Shown here: piece by piece, positions 31,853 to 41,518 of the stretch
How positions within the stretch are numbered: the stretch's first letter is position 1
Layout of the letters: each line of letters opens with the position of its first letter
NCBI GenBank assembly: GCA_963718525.1
Contig: OY970355.1
Coordinates: forward strand, 320,001 to 384,000
Direction of reading: 5' to 3'
Source of the DNA: Candidatus Dormiibacterota bacterium
GTDB taxonomy: Bacteria > Chloroflexota > Dormibacteria > Aeolococcales > Aeolococcaceae
Length of the DNA stretch: 64,000 nucleotides
Notes under the pieces: generated by a model
Told to the model about the DNA's origin: nothing
The model's input: only the letters and a program-made list of their open reading frames with translations
The model's database searches: none
Translations under genes and position numbers: made by a program

Positions 31853-33399
31853 GCGATGCCTGCCTCAAGTGCCGGCATGCCGCCACGATCGATCGACTCT
31901 GGCTCGACCGCCGGACCGCTGCCGAGCCACTCGGAGAGGAACTCATTGGCGAAGGCGGCCTGACTTCGTGGCGATGTCCGGCTCCACGCGATCTTGGCCC
32001 GATCGCCAGCCGACACAGAGCCATGCGGCTGGTCGCGAGTGGAGGCACCGATCAACTTGGCATGACCCGCCGCAAACGCGTTGAAGGCCTGCTGCGAAAA
32101 CACATCTTCGGATCCAGCGACCGCAGTCTTCCCATCGGATCCGAGAGCCGCAGCCACGTTCGGGGGACCACCGGTTGCGACGAGGTCGGCGCCACCACTC
32201 AGCGACCCAAATCGTCCCGCGGCAAGTGCGCCCGGACTCGAGGCGGATGGGGTGAGGCCTTGGGACGCGAGTCCGAGCCGTTTCATGAAGTTCACAGCGG
32301 AGTTTCCACCGTCGCGATTCGCGCCAAGTGCTTCGGCCATGAAGCCTGCGGACGACAAGCGGTGCACTGGCGCAACCATCGTGGCGGCCCCTGCCGCGAA
32401 ACCGGCTAGCGCACTGCCATGACTGAAGCCACGCCACGTGAGTTGATGCACCATTTTCCCTGCGAACCAGAGGCCACCGCACAAAATCACGACGGCAAGC
32501 AGTGGGCCGACAGCGAAAGCGGCGACGACGTGGGATGCGAGCGTAAAACTCAATGCAATCGCCATGCCGAGCACCAGCGGCGTGAGTAAGACACTGCCAA
32601 ACAGATCCAGCCACCAGTGAAAGAATCGATTGTTGGTGTCGAACACTGCGGTGGCGAGACAGAGGGGCGCCGCGACCACCACGAAGCCGAGCATCACTGT
32701 CCGCACGATCATCAAGAAGCCCGCGTAGAGCAACAGAATGAGAAGCGGAATCCCGCCGACGGCTACCACAACCATCTCGTTGCTCGAGGCGGTGAGTATG
32801 CCGTAGAGATGCGTAAACCAGCCCTGACCGGGTTGGAATCCATTCAGAAGCGACGCATGGAGAATGAGCCCGACAACCGCCCCCGAGACCGCCATCGATG
32901 CGTCGATGCACCAGACGATTGCGGTGTAGCCGAGGCTGACGGGAGTGCCCGGCACCCCGATGACGGCGACCGCAAGCAGAAACCGCGGAAGGACCGAGAG
33001 AATCGTCTCCATTGAGCCCGTGCGGTGGTCCACAAGTGCCCGGATGATGCGACTGGCAGCTCCAACACCGGCGATCATGAGGGCGGGCGCCATCATGCCT
33101 TGATAGAGGGACTCATAGATCTGAGCCGAATTCCACTGCTGCCCGGGAGCGCCGATCGTGCCAAGGAACCACGTTTGCAGTTCCGGCGGGAACAGCGCGC
33201 TCGTCAGCCAATTCACCGCATCGGCAATGAAGTGTCCCGTGTCGAAAAAGAAGCGAAAGAACTGCGTCAGAATCGTGAGGGCGCTCCCCAGAACGTTGAG
33301 GACTGCGCCTCCGGCATCGTAAGCACCGTGAAAGAACCCGGCGACATTCTGCAGCCACGTGACGGGATTCCACCAGCTGGCGGCGCTGACCAACTCCAT
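31849..33399 (-). CDS. VirB6/TrbL-like polytopic membrane protein
   Basis: Many TM segments, IVRTVMLGFVVVAAPLCLA...FHWWL pattern and Gly/Ala-rich tail. ATGA-coupled to virB4. Confidence 0.78.
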   Translation of the reverse strand: MELVSAASWWNPVTWLQNVAGFFHGAYDAGGAVLNVLGSALTILTQFFRFFFDTGHFIADAVNWLTSALFPPELQTWFLGTIGAPGQQWNSAQIYESLYQGMMAPALMIAGVGAASRIIRALVDHRTGSMETILSVLPRFLLAVAVIGVPGTPVSLGYTAIVWCIDASMAVSGAVVGLILHASLLNGFQPGQGWFTHLYGILTASSNEMVVVAVGGIPLLILLLYAGFLMIVRTVMLGFVVVAAPLCLATAVFDTNNRFFHWWLDLFGSVLLTPLVLGMAIALSFTLASHVVAAFAVGPLLAVVILCGGLWFAGKMVHQLTWRGFSHGSALAGFAAGAATMVAPVHRLSSAGFMAEALGANRDGGNSAVNFMKRLGLASQGLTPSASSPGALAAGRFGSLSGGADLVATGGPPNVAAALGSDGKTAVAGSEDVFSQQAFNAFAAGHAKLIGASTRDQPHGSVSAGDRAKIAWSRTSPRSQAAFANEFLSEWLGSGPAVEPESIDRGGMPALEAGIA

Positions 33400-33414
33400 T
33401 CTCCCCGACGACTA

Positions 33415-33609
33415 TCAGGTGGGGTCGATGCGCTGCAGCGGCAGGGAACTCGGCGAGAGCTCCTGATGATTCCCGATGACGCCAGAGACTCGTTGCGTTG
33501 GAACTCGCAGGTCAGGGGACGAGCCGAACACATCGCCGTGACGAGGTCGCGGTACGATACTTCGAGACCGCGATAGAGGCAGCGACAGCAGGTACACCTC
33601 GATGGTCAT
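33415..33609 (-). CDS. 64-aa hypothetical protein coupled to the pilin-like gene
   Basis: TGATG stop/start overlap at 33607-33611; fills the gap before the virB6-like gene. Confidence 0.35.
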   Translation of the reverse strand: MTIEVYLLSLPLSRSRSIVPRPRHGDVFGSSPDLRVPTQRVSGVIGNHQELSPSSLPLQRIDPT

Positions 33610-33887
33610 CAGCCGACCCCCGAAATCGATTTCACGAGCTGCAGCACCAGGATGGCACCGCCTCCCTTCGTGACCATATCGACCATAAAAGATCCGCCGC
33701 TCTCGCGGTGCTCCATCATCTTGTGAATCCCAGAGATCGCCACGGCCGCAGGGATGAGGAATTGGGCGGAGGTCAGGAGCGGGTTGGCCACTCGCGCGAG
33801 GACTTGCTGCGAGAGAGGATCGTTCGGTGAAACTTGACTCAGTACGGTGAGCCAGCGGATCGTTGCGTTGACGGCGAGTACCAGCAT
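33609..33887 (-). CDS. VirB2/TrbC-like pilin candidate
   Basis: 92 aa with AGGAG RBS, an N-terminal leader and two hydrophobic helices around a short polar loop. First gene of the T4SS operon. Confidence 0.6.
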   Translation of the reverse strand: MLVLAVNATIRWLTVLSQVSPNDPLSQQVLARVANPLLTSAQFLIPAAVAISGIHKMMEHRESGGSFMVDMVTKGGGAILVLQLVKSISGVG

Positions 33888-34119
33888 GGCGGATGCTCCT
33901 GAACCCTCGATCTCGACTGGCCCGGTCTGGGCGGAAGCTGAACTCTATGGGTCCAGCGCGGACGACCTCGGGACAGTCCGCTCTCGATGGAGCACGCTCG
34001 GCACGGGCGCGCGACGGGTCGTCTGCACCACGCACGGCTCTACCACTGTTGGCTTCAGCGGCTAATGGCGCAGAATCGAAGGGACTGCGCGCACAGGCGC
34101 AGCGTTCACGGAGACTTGG

Positions 34120-34587
34120 TTGATGTTCACGAGCATTCTCGTCGGGGTCGATCGTTCGCAGCATGCGCGCGTCGCGCTCGGGCAGGCGGTTGATATCGCG
34201 CGAACCCAGAAGGCGTCGCTCACGGTCGTAGTCGCCTACACGACCACGATGCCCTGGGTCTCTGTGGCGCCACTCTCCCAGAGCGCCGTCGACGAGTACG
34301 TCGCCGCCGTCCGCAGCGAGGCAGATGCGATCGCCGACGAGGCGAGAAGCGCGATACCAGCGGAGCTGAGCGCCGATGTGGTCGTCGTGGATGAGATGCC
34401 AGCGCAGGCCCTCCTCGATCGAGCAGCCGCGGGCAATCACGACCTGATTGTCGTGGGCTCTCGCGGGCGTGGCGATGCCGGCTCGTTCCTTCTCGGCAGC
34501 GTGAGTCATGCAGTGCTGCACGGCAGTCGCGTGCCGGTGCTGATCGTGCATGTGCCGTCTGCGGAGGCTGCTCAGAGCCACCCATAG
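34120..34587 (+). CDS. Universal stress protein
   Basis: ILVGVDRS and DLIVVGSRGRG...LLGSVSHAVL...PVLIV. Confidence 0.93.
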   Translation: MMFTSILVGVDRSQHARVALGQAVDIARTQKASLTVVVAYTTTMPWVSVAPLSQSAVDEYVAAVRSEADAIADEARSAIPAELSADVVVVDEMPAQALLDRAAAGNHDLIVVGSRGRGDAGSFLLGSVSHAVLHGSRVPVLIVHVPSAEAAQSHP

Positions 34588-34702
34588 CGCGGGGCACCTC
34601 TGGAAACGACGGTCGAAACGCCACCGAAATGTTCCTGCTCAACCCTGGTGGCCGTGTCAACAGACGGCTCGCCGCGAGCCAAGCACCAGGAGGCGCGGAT
34701 CC

Positions 34703-35848
34703 ATGGCAGATCTATCCATCAGAAAGCTGGGCGTCGGGCTGACAAGCTCGGTTCTGGCCGGAGCCCTCTCAATAGCTGCTGCGACGGGCGTGGGCGCAAG
34801 CGCAAGCAGACCAAGCTCGACGGACGGTCTGTACATCTATACGGAGAGCAATCAGACCTCGTCTGGTGGTGGCAACGCTGTGCTGGCGTTCCGGGTTGGC
34901 GGCGGCGGCACCCTCACGTCCATCGGTAGCTTCGGAACCGGCGGCGACGGCACCGGCGCCGGACTGGGATCACAGGGGGCGATAGCGCTCGCCGACGATG
35001 GTCACGCGCTCCTCGCCGTCAATGCAGGCTCGAATACAGTCTCGTACTTCAGGATCCTCTCCAACGGGGACCTCAGGCTCATCGATGCGGCACCGTCGGG
35101 TGGAACGGGTCCCGTGAGCGTCACTGCACACGGCCGCTGGGTCGACGTCCTCAACCAGGGCAACAATACTGTTGCGGGTCTGGTGCTGACCGGCCACGCC
35201 CTGGTCCCGTCGCCCAATCCGGCAGTCTCCCTCTCGACAGGAGCGGCGACGCCGGAGCAGGTTGGGTTCACTCCCTCTGGAACCCACGTCATCGTTACCG
35301 AGAAGGTCAGCAGCAGCATCGACACGTTCAACGTGAGCCCGGACGGACGGCTGACCGGCCTGCACCACACCGTGTCGACTGGGACCGCGCCATACGGCTT
35401 CGGATTTGGTAGCGGCGGTCAGGCGATCGTCTCCGACGCCGGTGGTGGCGCCGGCGGAATCAGTGCCGCGACGTCGTACCGGGTCGGAACCTCGGGGGCG
35501 CTGCATCCGATCAGCGAAATTGGTGAATCGCAGGCAGCCGCGTGCTGGCTTGTCGTCAACGGTGCGGGGAACCGCGCCTACCTCGCCAATGCCGGGTCAG
35601 GAACCGTTTCCTCGTACAACATCGGTCCCGGCGGAAGGCTCACCCTGCGATCGGACATCGCTGCCACGGTCGGTACCCATCCGATCGACGAGGTTACCGG
35701 CGGTGGCTGGTTCTTCGTACTGACGACGACCGATATTGCGTCGGCACCAGTGTCAGCCTCGGGAGATCTCGGTGCTGTCAACGAGCTGGCGGCGAGCGGT
35801 CTTCCCGCTGCGGCCTCCGGTCTCGCCCTGGTGACCGTGTCGGCTTAG
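34703..35848 (+). CDS. Secreted lactonase-family 7-bladed beta-propeller
   Basis: AGGAGG RBS, signal peptide, TGGDGTGAGLGSQGA, LLAVNAGSNTVS and AACW. Confidence 0.8.
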   Translation: MADLSIRKLGVGLTSSVLAGALSIAAATGVGASASRPSSTDGLYIYTESNQTSSGGGNAVLAFRVGGGGTLTSIGSFGTGGDGTGAGLGSQGAIALADDGHALLAVNAGSNTVSYFRILSNGDLRLIDAAPSGGTGPVSVTAHGRWVDVLNQGNNTVAGLVLTGHALVPSPNPAVSLSTGAATPEQVGFTPSGTHVIVTEKVSSSIDTFNVSPDGRLTGLHHTVSTGTAPYGFGFGSGGQAIVSDAGGGAGGISAATSYRVGTSGALHPISEIGESQAAACWLVVNGAGNRAYLANAGSGTVSSYNIGPGGRLTLRSDIAATVGTHPIDEVTGGGWFFVLTTTDIASAPVSASGDLGAVNELAASGLPAAASGLALVTVSA

Positions 35849-35940
35849 GTCCGCGTTTCGACCGTCAATCGTGGTCGTCGACGAGGCCGGGTGGCGATCT
35901 GCCACCCGGCTTCTCGGCGACTTTCGCAGAATGGTGAGCA

Positions 35941-36711
35941 GTGACCGTCAAACTCCCGACCTTCAGCCGCAACTCGGCGCGCCCTGACAAAGCCATGCCC
36001 AAGCCTGGACCGCTCTCGATCGGAGCTCCAATCCTCGTCGTGGAAGATGACCAGACCACGTGCGACGTCATCCGGGCCTATCTCGAAAGCGCCGGGCATC
36101 GGGTCGTCATTTGCCGCTCGGGCAGCGAAGCGCTCGGCTTCGTGCGCCAGACCGAGCCGCGCTGCCTGATCCTGGACGTGATGCTGCCGGGAAAGGATGG
36201 CTTCGAGATTTGCGCTGAGATCCGGCGCGGCGGGTCGATCATTCCCATCCTCTTTCTCAGTGCGCGCGCCGACGAGCCCGACCGAGTGGACGGCCTGCGC
36301 GCGGGTGCTGACGACTACCTCGTCAAGCCGTTCAGCCCTCGAGAGCTGCTAGCCCGCGTCGACGCCCTGCTTCGCCGTTCCGAGATCCGACCGCAGCCAC
36401 CAAGCGTGATTCACTTGGGTAACGTCGAACTCTCACCGGCACGACATGATGTCGCCGTCGGTGGACAGCTGGTGGCATTGACCTATGTGGAGTTCGGGCT
36501 GCTTGCCGCCATGCTGGAGCGTCCCGGGTGGGTGATGACTCGTGGTCAGCTGATCGACCGGCTGTACACGGACGACCGCCTGCCGGCATTGGAACGAACG
36601 GTCGACGTCCACATCTTCCGCCTGCGCGAAAAGCTGCAGGCTGCAGGTGCGGACGTCGCGATCGTGACAATTCGCGGCGTCGGCTACAAGATCACCGCTG
36701 AAGTCGCCTGA
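35941..36711 (+). CDS. OmpR-family response regulator
   Basis: LVVEDD, LDVMLPG, GADDYLVKPFS, RTVDVHI.RLREK and TIRGVGY. Start may be 35995. Confidence 0.95.
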   Translation: MTVKLPTFSRNSARPDKAMPKPGPLSIGAPILVVEDDQTTCDVIRAYLESAGHRVVICRSGSEALGFVRQTEPRCLILDVMLPGKDGFEICAEIRRGGSIIPILFLSARADEPDRVDGLRAGADDYLVKPFSPRELLARVDALLRRSEIRPQPPSVIHLGNVELSPARHDVAVGGQLVALTYVEFGLLAAMLERPGWVMTRGQLIDRLYTDDRLPALERTVDVHIFRLREKLQAAGADVAIVTIRGVGYKITAEVA

Positions 36712-36716
36712 GCATC

Positions 36717-37913
36717 GTGCTGACGTTGCCGCGTCGCGCAGGGGTCGTGCTGCTACGACGATGGAGGCGGCTGGGCCTTCGCTGGCAACTCGTTGTCCTC
36801 AACATCATCGTCGTGGCGGTGACTGGGTTGCTGATCATTGTGTTGATGCACAACATCGCGCAGCAAGAGTTCATGGTCATCATGCACGCCGCCGGTCAGC
36901 CGGTTGATCCCGCCGCAGGGCAGCGCGCCTACGATGCCGCTGTCGAGGCTCAGATCTATCCGACCATCGCCGTCGCCGCCCTCGTCGCGGTCGGACTCAG
37001 TTTCGGCGCCGTAACGCTCGCGCTCAGACCGCTGAGCGCCGTCCGAGTGGCCACGCAGCGGATGGCGCGCGGAGACGCGCCGGCGCTGGTCGAAACCAAC
37101 CGCCGCGATGAGATCGGCGGCGTTGCTGAATCCGTCAATGAGCTCGCCCAGTCATTGCAGCGCCTCGAGGAGCTGCGCCGTCAGGTGACCAACGACGCCG
37201 CACATGAATTGCGAACACCGCTGCACAACCTCCTCGGGTTGATCGAAGGTATGCGCGACGGGGTCATTCCAGCCTCACCCGCGCGGCTGCAACAGGCGCA
37301 CGCCGAACTCGGCCGGCTCATCGCACTGGTCGAGGATTTGCGGGGGTTGGCGGACGCCCAACTGGCGCGCGACCGAATGCGTCGCGATCCGCTTCAGCTG
37401 GTGACCCTGATACGCGAGGTCGTGCTGGGGTTCGAAGTCCGTATGCGACATCGCAGCCTGACGTGCCAGATCGAGGCGCCGGAGAGCGGCCTGCTTGTCG
37501 ACGGCGACGCTGGGAGGATCGGTCAGGTGGTCGGCAATATCGTTGATAACGCCCTGCGTTATGCGCGGGATGGGACGGTCATCACCGTGAGCGTCCACCA
37601 ACGAGGGACCTCGGCACGCGTCGCCGTCCACGATATCGGTGAGCGCATCGATGAGCATTCACTGCCGCATATCTTCGAACGATTCTTCCGTGCTGATCCA
37701 AGCCGCGCGCGTGGGAGTGGGGGGGGCGGCATAGGTCTCGCCATCGTGAAGGAGTTGGTCGGGGCCCACGGCGGCGACGTGGGCGCTGAGAGCAACCAAG
37801 ATGGCGTCACCGTCTGGTTCGAACTGCCGCTCCGATCTCCAGATCCGGATCCCGCCATGCAGCCAGGCTCCACCCGGTCGATTGGGTCGTTCGATACCGC
37901 CAGTCAGGGTTAG
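36717..37913 (+). CDS. HAMP sensor histidine kinase (BaeS-like)
   Basis: 2 TM, HAMP, AHELRTPL, NIVDNALRY, IFERFFRAD and GGGIGLAI. Confidence 0.95.
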   Translation: MLTLPRRAGVVLLRRWRRLGLRWQLVVLNIIVVAVTGLLIIVLMHNIAQQEFMVIMHAAGQPVDPAAGQRAYDAAVEAQIYPTIAVAALVAVGLSFGAVTLALRPLSAVRVATQRMARGDAPALVETNRRDEIGGVAESVNELAQSLQRLEELRRQVTNDAAHELRTPLHNLLGLIEGMRDGVIPASPARLQQAHAELGRLIALVEDLRGLADAQLARDRMRRDPLQLVTLIREVVLGFEVRMRHRSLTCQIEAPESGLLVDGDAGRIGQVVGNIVDNALRYARDGTVITVSVHQRGTSARVAVHDIGERIDEHSLPHIFERFFRADPSRARGSGGGGIGLAIVKELVGAHGGDVGAESNQDGVTVWFELPLRSPDPDPAMQPGSTRSIGSFDTASQG

Positions 37914-37962
37914 ACCGCGCCGCGCGTCATGCACCAACACCCGCCGCCGAATCCGACCCCTG

Positions 37963-39732
37963 TTAGGTCTGGGCGACCGGCGGACTCAACGCCTCCGTGC
38001 GAGCCGTCACCCGAGCAGCCGCCGGCCGCGCAGGGCTGCCTCCACGCAACCACGATGCCGCAGCACCGACGAGCATCATCACCACCGAGAACGCAAACGT
38101 GATGTGCATCCCAACGATGAACGGGTTGCTGATCAGGTTCGGAAAGAACGTCTGGCCCGACAGGAACGCGGCCTGACTCGCGGGCAGCGCGTGCAGCGAT
38201 GGTCCGAGCAGTGTCGTCATCGGGTTGTATCCCAGGAACGCCGCGAACAGCGACCCCACCGGCGGGAGGGTCGCAACGTGATGCGCCACCGTGGCCGGAA
38301 CGCCGTGCGCGGTGAGTCCGGCAAACATCGTCGAGGGCAGCGTCGAGCTGAGCCCCGCGATCATGAGTGAGAAGAAGATGCCGATGGAGAGGGTCATGCC
38401 GCTGTTCTGGAACGTCGCGAGCATGCCCGACGCAACACCGCGGCGATCCGCAGGCACCGCGTTCATCACGCCGGCGGTGTTGGGCGCCACGAACATTCCC
38501 ATCGACAGCCCGACGAGGAACAGCAGCGCTGCAAACGGCAGGTAGGAAAAGTTGGCCGGCAGCAGCATGAGCAGCCCAAAGCCGATCGCCGAACAGATCA
38601 TCCCGGCGGTCGCAAAGCCACGCGACCCGAGCCGGTCGGAGAGAAAGCCCGAAGACGGGCCACCAATGAGGAAGCCCGCGGTCAACGGCAGCATGAAGAT
38701 CGCTGCCCAGAATGGCGTCGATTCATAGCTGTATCCATGCAGCGGCAGCCAGATGCCCTGGAGCCAGATGATCACCATGAACATCAGCCCGCCCCGGCCG
38801 ATCGAGCTCAGCAGCGCCGCGACAGTGCCGAACGTGAAGCCGCGGAGCCGGAAGAGGCTCACGCGGAACATCGGCTCCGCCACTCGGGTCTCCACGATCA
38901 CGAAGACCACCAGCAGCGCGACACCCCCGATGATCGCGGTGAGCACCGACGGATTGGTCCATCCCATCGAATGCGTGCCGTACGGCTGAATCCCGTACGT
39001 GATGCCCACGAGCACCGAGATCAGCCCGACGGCGAACAGGATATTCCCCCACCAGTCAACGCGCGAGCGCTTCACGATGCCCGTCTCGCGCAACTTGAGG
39101 TACGCCCAGGCGGTGCCGAACAAACCGACCGGCACCGAGACCAGAAACACGAGATGCCAGTCGGTCGTGCTCAGCAACCCACCGACGATCAGCCCGATGA
39201 ACGATCCCGACACCGCCGCCACCGCGTTGATCCCCAGCGCCATGCCTCGTTCGCGCTGCGGGAACGCGTCGGTGAGGATGGCCGTCGAACAGGCGAAGAT
39301 CATCGCCCCGCCGACGCCCTGGATCAGCCGGAAGAGGATCAGCTCGAGTGCCGCGCTCGGGCCGGTGGTAAACACCAGCGACAGGAGAATCGACCCGACG
39401 GTGAAGACGAGAAACCCCAGGTTGTACAACCGGACTCGCCCAAACATGTCGCCGATCCGCCCGAGGCTGACCACCAGCACGGCGGTCACGACCATGTATC
39501 CCATGATCATCCAGAGGAGATAGCTGACATTGCTCGGGACGAGCGGGTTCAGCTTGATCCCGCGGAAGATCGCCGGCAGCGAGATGAGCACGATCGATGA
39601 GTTGACGGTCGCCATGAGCATGCCGATCGTCGTGTTGGAGAGCGCGACCCATTTGTAGTGAGGACCGACCTCACCGTGCTTGCGAGACGTCTTCGGCGCA
39701 GGGGCGGGGGCGGTGACTCCCGTCGTGGTCAC
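37963..39732 (-). CDS. MFS drug-efflux transporter (DHA2, 14 TM)
   Basis: [20 protein letters not shown] and [13 protein letters not shown] overlap with the upstream gene. Confidence 0.92.
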   Translation of the reverse strand: MTTTGVTAPAPAPKTSRKHGEVGPHYKWVALSNTTIGMLMATVNSSIVLISLPAIFRGIKLNPLVPSNVSYLLWMIMGYMVVTAVLVVSLGRIGDMFGRVRLYNLGFLVFTVGSILLSLVFTTGPSAALELILFRLIQGVGGAMIFACSTAILTDAFPQRERGMALGINAVAAVSGSFIGLIVGGLLSTTDWHLVFLVSVPVGLFGTAWAYLKLRETGIVKRSRVDWWGNILFAVGLISVLVGITYGIQPYGTHSMGWTNPSVLTAIIGGVALLVVFVIVETRVAEPMFRVSLFRLRGFTFGTVAALLSSIGRGGLMFMVIIWLQGIWLPLHGYSYESTPFWAAIFMLPLTAGFLIGGPSSGFLSDRLGSRGFATAGMICSAIGFGLLMLLPANFSYLPFAALLFLVGLSMGMFVAPNTAGVMNAVPADRRGVASGMLATFQNSGMTLSIGIFFSLMIAGLSSTLPSTMFAGLTAHGVPATVAHHVATLPPVGSLFAAFLGYNPMTTLLGPSLHALPASQAAFLSGQTFFPNLISNPFIVGMHITFAFSVVMMLVGAAASWLRGGSPARPAAARVTARTEALSPPVAQT

Positions 39733-40403
39733 GCGGCTGACTGCGCCTGCTTTTCCTGGTCGCGCTGCTCGCGCTCGCGTCGCCACAGCCGAATGCTCTC
39801 GAGGTCGAGCGGCAAGCGGTCCCGCTTGATCTCCGCGACATTGGGGTTGCGCGACATCCACTCGAAGTGGCGCCACAGGTTGACGGCACCCTCATCGTCT
39901 GGGATGTCGCTGATGATCGGCCCGAACATATGCGGCCCAGCACCACCGTCGAAGACGATCGTCGGCACACCGAAGGCCTTGTGCACGGTGACCGCCTCGT
40001 CGTGTTCGCGCTGAACCGCTTCCCACGTCGACGGGTCGGCGAGCGCCTGATCGAGCAGTTCCGATTCCAGGCCCGCTTCGCGCAGCGACGCTTCGATCAC
40101 CTCGTGGTCGTCCAGCGCAAGGCCTCGCTGATGACGTGCATCGCTCAGCCCCTTGTAGAAAGCGCCCACGGCAGCGTTGCCGTGCGTGTTGCGGACCGCG
40201 ATGGCGGTTCGGAGCGACGGCGCAGACCCGGTGTCCGCAGCCGCACGCCCCTCGTCGCCACCGTTGACGATCGCGAGCGAGAACACGCGCCATTCCACAT
40301 CAACCACGCCGAGTTCACCGAGGCGGCGCGCCCAGCGCGACGTCTGATAGCACCATGGGCACAGTGGGTCGAAGTAGAAGCGAATGTTCTCAGCCATCAT
40401 CAA
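39729..40403 (-). CDS. DsbA-like thioredoxin-fold protein (Rv2466c-like)
   Basis: [10 protein letters not shown] and AFGVPTI...FGP. Confidence 0.85.
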   Translation of the reverse strand: MMMAENIRFYFDPLCPWCYQTSRWARRLGELGVVDVEWRVFSLAIVNGGDEGRAAADTGSAPSLRTAIAVRNTHGNAAVGAFYKGLSDARHQRGLALDDHEVIEASLREAGLESELLDQALADPSTWEAVQREHDEAVTVHKAFGVPTIVFDGGAGPHMFGPIISDIPDDEGAVNLWRHFEWMSRNPNVAEIKRDRLPLDLESIRLWRREREQRDQEKQAQSAA

Positions 40404-40421
40404 CAGACCTCTCGTTAAATC

Positions 40422-40994
40422 TTACGCAGTTGCGCTCGTCGCGGCCTCAGCCGCCGCAGATTCCTCTGCCGTCTTCTCCTGCGTGAGCTCACCGTCGATT
40501 TCGAGCTTGACTTTCTCGCCGACCAGGAAGCCCCCGCCACCGAGAGGAACGTTCCAGGTGAGGCCCCAGTCAGAGCGGTTGATGGTTCCGGTCAGCGTTC
40601 CGCCGACTTTAAGGTTGCCGAATGGATCCGTGACCGAGCCGCTGTGCTCGTAGTCGAGGCTGATCTCCTTGGTGATGTCTTTGATCGTCAAATCGCCGAC
40701 GACCTTGAACTGATCACCCTGACGAGTGATGGACTTCACCTTGAAGACGATATCCGGGTATTTCTCGACATCGAGAAAGTCGGCACTCTTGAGATGACCA
40801 TCGCGCTGCTCAGAGCCGGTGGTGATGCTGGCGGATTTGATGGTGATCGTGCCCCGGCCGGTGGTCGGATCGTTCGGATCGTCCAGTTCAAGATGGGCCT
40901 CGACCTGGCCGAAGCTGCCCCGGACGGTTGCGACCCCGAGATGCTTCGCGCTGAAGGCCACCGACGTGTGATGCGGGTCTAGACTCCACGGCAT
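40422..40994 (-). CDS. YceI-family protein
   Basis: WSLDPHHTSVAF, RDGHLKSADF and INRSDWGL. Confidence 0.93.
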   Translation of the reverse strand: MPWSLDPHHTSVAFSAKHLGVATVRGSFGQVEAHLELDDPNDPTTGRGTITIKSASITTGSEQRDGHLKSADFLDVEKYPDIVFKVKSITRQGDQFKVVGDLTIKDITKEISLDYEHSGSVTDPFGNLKVGGTLTGTINRSDWGLTWNVPLGGGGFLVGEKVKLEIDGELTQEKTAEESAAAEAATSATA

Positions 40995-41061
40995 AGCGTG
41001 TGCTCCATGAGTACCCGGCGTGCCCCGGGCGGCCTCGGATCTGAACCAATCCGATTGCAAC

Positions 41062-41091
41062 ATCATGAAGTATAGTGCTATACTTTGTCAA
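41062..41091 (-). promoter_or_regulatory. Promoter of the yceI-dsbA-MFS operon with a palindromic operator as its spacer
   Basis: Minus strand TTGACA-18 nt-CATGAT. The 18-nt spacer is the inverted repeat aagtatag-tg-ctatactt (41068-41085). Confidence 0.75.
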
Positions 41092-41158
41092 GTGAGATCC
41101 ACGACAAACTTCACTCGCCCTCAGGTTAAGATCTGGAGCGGGATGGAGGAACAACCAG

Positions 41159-41518
41159 ATGGATGCTGATCGCGCATATTGCCCAGTCCACGAAGCCATT
41201 CAGGTCCTGCAGGAGAAGTGGACGATGCACATCGTCAGAGCCCTGCTCGACGGGCCACTCGGCTTCAACGAGCTCGGCCGCGCTGTCGGCGGTTGCAACC
41301 CGGCAACGCTCAAGGTTCGCCTCGATCGTCTCGAGGAGCTCGGACTCCTCCGGCGCACCGTCCATTCACAGATGCCGCCCCGCACGTCGTACGAGCTGGC
41401 ACCGGCGGGCGTCGACCTGCAGCGCGTGATCGATGCCATTGATGCATGGGCCCGCGAACATCTCGACGTCGTCGCAGCGTCTGACCATGACGAGGAGCCG
41501 AAGCTCGCGGTCGGCTGA
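41159..41518 (+). CDS. HxlR-family winged-HTH regulator
   Basis: YCPV..AI.VL..KW..HI...L, GFNEL and PPRTSYEL. GGAGG RBS. Confidence 0.92.
   Translation: MDADRAYCPVHEAIQVLQEKWTMHIVRALLDGPLGFNELGRAVGGCNPATLKVRLDRLEELGLLRRTVHSQMPPRTSYELAPAGVDLQRVIDAIDAWAREHLDVVAASDHDEEPKLAVG

Noticed and set aside
19046-33887. Calling the region a complete ICE or integrated plasmid
   Set aside because: No integrase, relaxase, replication gene or bounding direct repeats could be identified in the window.
33890-34110. Riboswitch (c-di-AMP/c-di-GMP) in the T4SS operon leader
   Set aside because: Only a short gctgaa match is present; the remaining consensus elements are absent.
33415-34581. 388-aa minus-strand ORF
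   Set aside because: It is an antisense shadow of the USP gene and an alternate frame over the pilin-like gene. Only its last 64 codons are plausibly real.
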